64,000 nt of DNA from Candidatus Woesebacteria bacterium (GTDB lineage Bacteria > Patescibacteriota > Microgenomatia > UBA12405): NCBI GenBank assembly GCA_035402805.1, contig DAONDY010000002.1, positions 149,963 to 213,962 of the forward strand. Reading direction: 5' to 3'. Within the stretch, counting starts at the first letter, position 1, and each line of letters begins with the position of its first letter. Shown here one piece after another: positions 57,825 through 64,000 of this stretch. The notes beneath the pieces are model-generated. The model was not told the origin of the DNA. It worked only from the letters and a program-made list of their open reading frames with translations, and ran no database searches. A program made the position numbers and the translations under genes.

Positions 57825-58982
57825 ATGATAGATGAACAAGTTAGAGACTTAATTAAAAAAGAAGAAGAAAGACAAGAGAAATTAGTTCACTTAATTCCCA
57901 GTGAAAACTTTGCCTCTGATGAAGTTAGAATGGCGTTGGGAAGCTGTTTAACTAATAAATATGCCGAGGGTTATCCTGGCAGAAGATATTATCAGGGCAA
58001 CGAATTTATAGATCAAATCGAAAATTTGGCTATTGAGAGGGGTAAAAAGGTGTTGGGAGTGGAACATTTAAATGTTCAGCCATATTCTGGAAGTCCAGCT
58101 AATAGTGCTGTTCAAATGGCATTATTGGAACAAGGGGATAAAATTTGTGGATTGAAATTATCGGCTGGCGGACATTTAACTCATGGTCATCCAAAAATTA
58201 CTTTTTCAGGAAAATTTTTTGAAAGTGTGCAGTATGATGTGGAAGAAGATGGACGAATTGATTATGATAAGTTGGAAAAATTGGTTTTAGAAGAAAAACC
58301 GAAAATGATTATAGCCGGGACTACGGCTTATCCTTATATTTTAGATTTCAAAAGATTTGGGGAAATTGCTGATAAAGTTGGAGCTTGGTTGGTGGCGGAT
58401 ATTTCTCATATTGCTGGGCTAGTGGTTGGCGGAGTTCATCCGAGTCCAAATGAATATGTTCATGTTATTACTTCTACAACTCATAAAAGTTTAAGAGGTC
58501 CACGGGGGGCAGTGATTGGAATTACTAAAAAAGGAATGGAAAAAGATGTTGATTTGGCTAAAAAAATTGATCGAGCCGTTTTTCCAGGTTTACAAGGCGG
58601 TCCACACGAAAATCAAATAGCTGCTTTGGCGGTAGCTTTTAAAGAATGTGATACGCCAGAATTTAAGGATTATGCGGCTCAGATTGTTAAAAATGCTAAA
58701 GTTTTAGCTGAAACTTTACGAAAAAATGGGTTAAAAGTTTTTGGGACGGAAAATCATTTAATGGTGGTGGAGGTGGGTTTTGAAAAAGGCAAAGATGCGG
58801 CAGTAAAATTGGAAGAAAATGGGATTGTGGTTAATGCTAATACAATTCCTCATGATACAGCTGGTCCCTTTAGACCATCTGGAATTAGAATTGGAACTCC
58901 AGCCATGACAACCAGAGGGTGGAAAGAAAAAGAATTCGAGGAATTAGGAAATAAAATTGCAGGGATAATAAAGAATTTATAA
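57825..58982 (+). CDS. glyA: Serine hydroxymethyltransferase
   Basis: PLP-lysine motif TTHKSLRGPRGA, GGHLTHG. Confidence 0.9.
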   Translation: MIDEQVRDLIKKEEERQEKLVHLIPSENFASDEVRMALGSCLTNKYAEGYPGRRYYQGNEFIDQIENLAIERGKKVLGVEHLNVQPYSGSPANSAVQMALLEQGDKICGLKLSAGGHLTHGHPKITFSGKFFESVQYDVEEDGRIDYDKLEKLVLEEKPKMIIAGTTAYPYILDFKRFGEIADKVGAWLVADISHIAGLVVGGVHPSPNEYVHVITSTTHKSLRGPRGAVIGITKKGMEKDVDLAKKIDRAVFPGLQGGPHENQIAALAVAFKECDTPEFKDYAAQIVKNAKVLAETLRKNGLKVFGTENHLMVVEVGFEKGKDAAVKLEENGIVVNANTIPHDTAGPFRPSGIRIGTPAMTTRGWKEKEFEELGNKIAGIIKNL

Positions 58983-58987
58983 ATTTT

Positions 58988-59075
58988 AAATTCTCGTTAC
59001 AAATTTTTTATGTCTGGTGAATGTGCGGTGCACGTTCAAGGCCATAAAAAATTGCAACTTCGGATTTAAAATTAC
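58988..59075 (+). repeat. Intergenic repeat family A, copy A3 (inner hairpin gaatgtgc-ggt-gcacgttc) between convergent glyA and a small membrane-protein gene
   Basis: Alignment by eye to A1/A2. Confidence 0.7.
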
Positions 59076-59092
59076 GTCTGTGAACTCTAAGT

Positions 59093-59347
59093 TTATTTCT
59101 TATCTTTCTTGAATTTTTTGTTTAGGAAAGCAAGAATCTTGCCATTGTCGATGTCCCAGCGATTAAGGAAGAAAATGTAGATTATTTCGAAGATACCTAT
59201 GGTGTTGACGTTTAGTAAGAGGATAAACCAAATGAGCTGTCTTTTATTGGCAGATTTCCAAAGAGCAAGACCTTTCCAGACTAGAGTCCAGATTAAAAGA
59301 GGAAGATAAAACTGAGGTTGGCTTAGAAAGGAAAGAATATTATTCAT
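59093..59347 (-). CDS. Small two-TM membrane protein (84 aa)
   Basis: ORF track. Two hydrophobic helices. Confidence 0.4.
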   Translation of the reverse strand: MNNILSFLSQPQFYLPLLIWTLVWKGLALWKSANKRQLIWFILLLNVNTIGIFEIIYIFFLNRWDIDNGKILAFLNKKFKKDKK

Positions 59348-59368
59348 AATTAATTGATTATAGCAGAA

Positions 59369-61981
59369 TTATTTTTTGTTTGATCTAAATATAAAAATAA
59401 ATGCAGGAATTAAAAGGATGAAACCGAGAAATTCAAAGATTTGTGGCCAGAAGAAAAGATAAACAGTAGTTGGGTTGTTGGAGGGGATTTGCCAACCATT
59501 GGCCCAGTTATTGACTAAGGTATGGTTTTTTAAAAAGACTGGTTTAAAACCTTGAAAATAAAAGGCAATCCAACCTTTATGAAAAGATTGAGGGAGAACT
59601 AAATATTTATTGTTAGTTTGATTGAATTTTACTTTATAATAAAAAATATTTGATTTTGCAGACAAATAATTGTTATTGGGTGACTGATAATCATTAATTA
59701 GAGAAATATTATTTTGATAAGGATAAATTTCTGGATTTTTAATATCATTTATTGATAGATTTTGATTAAAACTGGGATTATCAAAAAGAACAGTTAACCC
59801 GGTGTCAAATGAGAAGTTTTCCATTTTAGGAATTAAGAACCAACTGGTTTGCCATTCGTCAGATTTTTTTAATTGGTTTTTGAAAAAATAATAGCGGTTA
59901 AGATTATCAAAAGCAGAAATGATGGGAGTTTGACCTTTAGTATTTCTAGATTCTATTTTTAATAAATAATCTTGATCAAATTTTATGTCAGGGAAGTTAA
60001 ATCCTAAAAGGTTGTGGGAAAATTTATTTTCGAAATGGAAATATAGTTGATTAGAGGTAATAACTTTGGTAGTTTTGTTTTCGGTCAGTGCTCCATGTTC
60101 TAAAGAATATATAACAGAAGATGAATCTGGTAGTTGTTTTGGATAAAAATTTGGATCGAAACTACTGATAGGATATTCTTCTTCGATATTGTTAGTGGTA
60201 TAAACTTGGCTAGGTCTAATATTTTGATAAATATAGATGGAACCAATATTTTTAACTAGTTTAAGATTGTCGATTTGATTTAATAGTTCGAATTGAGTAG
60301 AACTAAGTTTTGCATAGGTTAGTTCGTCGGTAAAATAAATATTTCGATCAAAAATTACATATTCAATTGAGTATTTATCAATAATTTTATTTAAAGCCTG
60401 AGGATTTTTTTGTTGAATAGCGGTGTTTAATTCCCAATAATATTTTTCATTTTTGAGACTCCAAACATCAAAGGCTCTATCTAAAATTGGTTGTTTTAAT
60501 CCATACCAGAGAAAACCAGAGCCTTTAACCCCCCAACGATAAGTGGTCCAACCCCAAAAAGAACCTTGGGGAAGATTCATAATTCGGGCGGTTGGAGAAA
60601 TTTGGTTAAAATATTTAATCAACTCTAAATAATCATTGGGAATATTTTGTTTAATTAGAGGAGAAAAAAATTGACCTTGGAAAACAGGAAAAATAAATTT
60701 GAATAAAGAAAAAATAAAAAATAGACTTAATATAGCTTTAGAAAAGCTAGGGGAGTATTTTATTTTTTTGAAAAAATTAAAAGAACTCTCTAATCCAAAA
60801 GCAATAAAAACAGAAAAAACAAAAGCAGTGGGGACAAAAAATTTAGTCCAAGGAGATCGAAATATTTGATTTAAAACAGGAATTTGACGAATAAAATAAT
60901 TTATTTGAGAAAAAACAGGAGTAGCGGAAAGTAAAGCAATTGAAGATAATAAGAAAATTAAAACGAGAGAAATTTTTATGGGTGATTTTTTAAGTTTAGA
61001 AATGAAATAAATTAGACCAATAATGACAAAAATGGAAACTAAATAGCCACAAATAAGGTTGTATTTATTGGAAAAGTAAACATTCCATGATGGGAAAAGA
61101 GTATCGTAATTGTTAGGGAAATCAACATAATAGTTTCTTAATATTAAGAAGTCGCCGATAGTACCACGATTTTGGTTACGGTCAAAGGTTTCTTGATTGG
61201 CCATGTAGTTGCCAAAACTTTGAATGGTGTTATTAAGATCATTTTTGAAATAATAGGCCAGTGGTAATAACCAAAAAGAATTAATAAGGATTAGATTTAT
61301 AAGAAAAACAAAATGAACTTTGAGAGTAGTTTTATTAAAATTAGAAATTAAATTGGAAATTAAAATAATTAAACAACAGATAAAATAAACTATAAAAATT
61401 GTTTGGACATAGAAACTAGGAATGGCCAGAAGATTTATTAAAATTAAATATACTAGATTTTTACGGTTTGGAGTTTTTAAATAATTCCAGAGAAGAAAAA
61501 AGAGAGCTGGAAAAAATCCCCAAAAAGTAGCAAATGGTTCAAAAGTTACCCAAAAATATTGAACGGTGCCAAAGTTAAGGAGATAAAAAAGAGAAGCAAG
61601 AAGGCTGGAATTTTTGGAAAGGTTAAAAATTTTTTTAAGGCCGATATTAAGGCTAAAAGTACCTAAAGTTAGCATTAAAAATTGCCAAAGATAACGAATT
61701 AGATTGGTTGGTAAAATAAGAGTGAAAGGCAAGATAATCAATTGTCTAATTAGTTCAGTGGCGTGTCCCATACCGCCAACCAATCCGAGACCTTGATATT
61801 CCTGCCAAACAGCCAAAAGGGATCTTTTTAGATTAAGCCAAATGTTTAATTCTGGTAAAAGATTATCCCAACCAACGAGCCAGGTGTGAGGAGAAAAATT
61901 TTGACAGAATAAAATTAAAAGCACTGAAGCTAAAATAATTTTATCGAAGTGGCTTTTAAACTTTGATATTAAAACCATCAA
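59369..61981 (-). CDS. YfhO-like polytopic membrane protein (GT-C-fold glycosyltransferase candidate): ~12 N-terminal TM helices, large extracytoplasmic domain, C-terminal TM
   Basis: 870 aa. Topology and size match YfhO family. Immediately downstream of a GT2 gene as in csbB-yfhO pairs. Confidence 0.55.
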   Translation of the reverse strand: MMVLISKFKSHFDKIILASVLLILFCQNFSPHTWLVGWDNLLPELNIWLNLKRSLLAVWQEYQGLGLVGGMGHATELIRQLIILPFTLILPTNLIRYLWQFLMLTLGTFSLNIGLKKIFNLSKNSSLLASLFYLLNFGTVQYFWVTFEPFATFWGFFPALFFLLWNYLKTPNRKNLVYLILINLLAIPSFYVQTIFIVYFICCLIILISNLISNFNKTTLKVHFVFLINLILINSFWLLPLAYYFKNDLNNTIQSFGNYMANQETFDRNQNRGTIGDFLILRNYYVDFPNNYDTLFPSWNVYFSNKYNLICGYLVSIFVIIGLIYFISKLKKSPIKISLVLIFLLSSIALLSATPVFSQINYFIRQIPVLNQIFRSPWTKFFVPTAFVFSVFIAFGLESSFNFFKKIKYSPSFSKAILSLFFIFSLFKFIFPVFQGQFFSPLIKQNIPNDYLELIKYFNQISPTARIMNLPQGSFWGWTTYRWGVKGSGFLWYGLKQPILDRAFDVWSLKNEKYYWELNTAIQQKNPQALNKIIDKYSIEYVIFDRNIYFTDELTYAKLSSTQFELLNQIDNLKLVKNIGSIYIYQNIRPSQVYTTNNIEEEYPISSFDPNFYPKQLPDSSSVIYSLEHGALTENKTTKVITSNQLYFHFENKFSHNLLGFNFPDIKFDQDYLLKIESRNTKGQTPIISAFDNLNRYYFFKNQLKKSDEWQTSWFLIPKMENFSFDTGLTVLFDNPSFNQNLSINDIKNPEIYPYQNNISLINDYQSPNNNYLSAKSNIFYYKVKFNQTNNKYLVLPQSFHKGWIAFYFQGFKPVFLKNHTLVNNWANGWQIPSNNPTTVYLFFWPQIFEFLGFILLIPAFIFIFRSNKK

Positions 61982-61986
61982 TTAAA

Positions 61987-62856
61987 TTATACTTGAGCTT
62001 GAGCAAAAGTCCCAACAGTAAGACCGTTAGGTTTTTTGATGCCACGAATACGATACCAGATTTCGTTAATAAGATGGTTAGGGATTAAACTAACAACAGT
62101 AATTTGCATTAAATTTAAAGCGATAGCTTTTAAACTTGGTCTAAAACCAAGATTTAATGCAGCAAAACGGCTTTTGATGGTTAATTTAAAAGTAGCTTTG
62201 GGATTTTTATGAGAAAGGCTGCCATTTAAATGACGATAGAAAAGTAAATTGTCTTCAAGGTTGGCAATTTGACCGTGAAGCATAAATCTAAACATTAAAT
62301 TAATTTCTTCAGCCGATGATTGAATTGGTTTGTACCAGATAAAATTTTTAGGTAATTTAGAAAGATTGACCATCATTGATGGTTGTTGCATAGGAATAGC
62401 CCAAAAAATCATATCTTTAAGTTTTTCGGCTTGAGTAGGAAAATTTTTATTACCGATAATATTATTAAATTCATCAATAACAACACATTGACCACCAACA
62501 GCGACAACTTGATAATTTTTCTTTAAAAACTGAATTTGTTTTTCAAGACGATTGGCAAAAGAAATGTCATCAGCATCCATACGGGCTAAAAATTTACCAC
62601 GAGCTTTGGAAATAGCAATATTGGAAGTTAAGCTAACTCCTAAATTAATTTGATTTTTAATAGCAATAATACGAGAATCTTTTTTGGCAAATGATTTGAT
62701 TATTTTCCAAGAATCGTCGGTAGAAGCGTCGTCAACAATGATAAATTCGAAATTAGAAAAAGTCTGATTTAAAATACTTTCAATGGCTTGATCAAGATAA
62801 GGGGAAGCGTTGAAAACAGGCATGTAGATGGTGATAAGTGGTTTAATATTTTTCAT
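61987..62856 (-). CDS. Family 2 glycosyltransferase (soluble, GT-A fold)
   Basis: IYMPVFNASPYLDQAIESILNQT, DDASTDDS and DADD motifs. Confidence 0.8.
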   Translation of the reverse strand: MKNIKPLITIYMPVFNASPYLDQAIESILNQTFSNFEFIIVDDASTDDSWKIIKSFAKKDSRIIAIKNQINLGVSLTSNIAISKARGKFLARMDADDISFANRLEKQIQFLKKNYQVVAVGGQCVVIDEFNNIIGNKNFPTQAEKLKDMIFWAIPMQQPSMMVNLSKLPKNFIWYKPIQSSAEEINLMFRFMLHGQIANLEDNLLFYRHLNGSLSHKNPKATFKLTIKSRFAALNLGFRPSLKAIALNLMQITVVSLIPNHLINEIWYRIRGIKKPNGLTVGTFAQAQV

Positions 62857-63002
62857 TAGTTTTGTTTTTTCCAGTTTCGTCCTTTTGGACTCATCAGTAT
62901 CGACAATATCGATAGACTGGAGTGAGCTGAAAAAATAGAGAAGTAATTTAAAAGCAAAAGTGCTTCAAACTATTCATATTCTTTCAGCTCATCAGCCGTG
63001 AT

Positions 63003-63854
63003 TTATTTGGATTGGGTGGGTGGGGTCAGGGGACCGTAGTCAACTGTGCCATAGGCCCAGTTGTATTGAATTGCTTGACCAAGTCTGAATTCGAACTCGT
63101 TTTGAGCCCATTCGGCTTTTGTTGTTAAGGCAAAGCCATTTTGGATTTGAACAGTATAGATCCCAGGAGCATATGCTCTATAGACACCGCCATTTTTTCC
63201 ATCAACGACTAAGCCGCCAACGATACCAACTTCACCAGTTTTTACTTCAAATGTCCACTTGTATTCGTCATTAGTGCCGGTTTCAGTGTACCAATTTGGG
63301 TGGCCGATTTGTTCTTGCGGAAGATTACCATGCTCGAGAGCAGGATCAACGACAGCAAGAGTTGCGGTGGTTGTGGCTGCGGTGATTGAGACAGTGGTTG
63401 GAGCGGCTTGGGTGGTTTGTGAGGAAAGAGCGATTGTTCCCCAGATGGCAAATGCCAAGACGATAATTCCTAGGCCAGTAAAAAATGTCGCTATTTTAGT
63501 GGGTTTCATCCATGCGTAGTGACCGTTTGTGGCAGCTGCGACAATGAAAAAACCCAGACCAATGATGGCGATGATGGCACCGACCAGGACAACGATTGTC
63601 CAGGCGCCCATGATGAGCGGAAGGACGGTGAGGCTGATGATGCCGACGATGATAGCCAACAGGATTCCGAATGACGGCAACACGAATTTCTTAAACATAA
63701 CGATACCTCCTAGTATCTTTTCTTTTAGATAGATGATTAGATCTCTTAGGTTTTGTCGGTCATATGGTCTCCCACAGTTCCAACAAAACCGGGCCTTTGT
63801 GTTTCTGGTTTCAGAATGACAATAAAGGCATTCTTTAGCTGGTTTCGTAGCCAT
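63003..63854 (-). CDS. Hypothetical membrane protein with N-terminal Zn-ribbon (CxxC…CxxC), 3-4 TM helices and extracytoplasmic C-terminal domain; GC content clearly above window average
   Basis: ORF track. CLYCHSETRNTKARFCWNCG. Hydrophobic segments. Many GC-rich codons. Confidence 0.45.
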   Translation of the reverse strand: MATKPAKECLYCHSETRNTKARFCWNCGRPYDRQNLRDLIIYLKEKILGGIVMFKKFVLPSFGILLAIIVGIISLTVLPLIMGAWTIVVLVGAIIAIIGLGFFIVAAATNGHYAWMKPTKIATFFTGLGIIVLAFAIWGTIALSSQTTQAAPTTVSITAATTTATLAVVDPALEHGNLPQEQIGHPNWYTETGTNDEYKWTFEVKTGEVGIVGGLVVDGKNGGVYRAYAPGIYTVQIQNGFALTTKAEWAQNEFEFRLGQAIQYNWAYGTVDYGPLTPPTQSK

Positions 63855-64000
63855 CCATGTTATCCTCCTTTCCGAAGCGGGCCTACCTTATGGTTTCCCA
63901 TGCTTCTATACAAATCCAAAAATACCTTACGGCAAATCTGGTATCTGAAAACTAAAAATTAGTTTACACATAGCAGACTTGCTTTAGGGTAATAAATCAC

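Noticed and set aside
62857-63002. Short inverted repeat gagctgaaa…tttcagctc in the GT2/Zn-ribbon intergenic region
   Set aside because: Only 9 bp with a ~50-nt loop and no T-run. Insufficient to call a terminator or element.
1-64000. rRNA operon, tmRNA, RNase P or SRP RNA
   Set aside because: No rRNA-like sequence, and none of the non-coding stretches (31153-31590, 31800-32009, 34485-34833, 48325-48514) has the GC-rich structured character of these RNAs. Cannot be fully excluded without covariance-model search.

Overview
This is an AT-rich (about one-third GC) bacterial chromosomal segment. Its gene content and architecture look like a reduced-genome Candidate Phyla Radiation (Patescibacteria) organism, as distinct from a plasmid or prophage. 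Core genes are dense.

Gene content:
- Metabolism and housekeeping: pyruvate phosphate dikinase, glucose-6-phosphate isomerase, leucyl-tRNA synthetase, an M16 peptidase, mreB, murB, ruvCAB, and a split manC.
- Ribosomal/translation block: rplL, rplJ, rplA, rplK, nusG and secE, unusually split by a murF-alr-ddl block.
- Nucleotide-synthesis island: NrdR, a class II B12-dependent ribonucleotide reductase, a PduO-type adenosyltransferase, ThyX, Tmk and GlyA.
- RNA genes: two tRNAs (Arg-CCT and Pro-CGG).
- Secreted/surface proteins: a DUF2341/LamG protein truncated at the window edge, and an operon of signal-peptide proteins.
- Competence locus (ComEA, split ComEC) upstream of a ~2380-aa Kelch/FN3 giant surface protein with its own MacB-like ABC exporter.
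- Glycosylation: a GT2 plus YfhO-like GT-C pair.

The most unusual content is repetitive and mobile DNA that does not belong to classical IS families.
1. A RayT-like (IS200/Y1 HUH) transposase gene is preceded by a REP-like hairpin and carries a perfect 28-bp inverted repeat inside its own reading frame.
2. A roughly 490-bp element consists of a DUF559 (Vsr-like endonuclease) ORF bounded by hairpin-rich terminal inverted repeats. Similar ~100-bp repeat units, all in one orientation, sit solo in three intergenic regions (repeat family B).
3. A second ~85-bp intergenic repeat family (family A) has a central stem that shows compensatory base changes between copies. That pattern suggests a conserved RNA or DNA hairpin.

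No CRISPR array or rRNA was found. All coordinates for non-ORF features are hand-derived and may be off by a few bases. One sequence line near 37501 could not be indexed unambiguously, so family-B copy B2 may be off by up to 10 bp.
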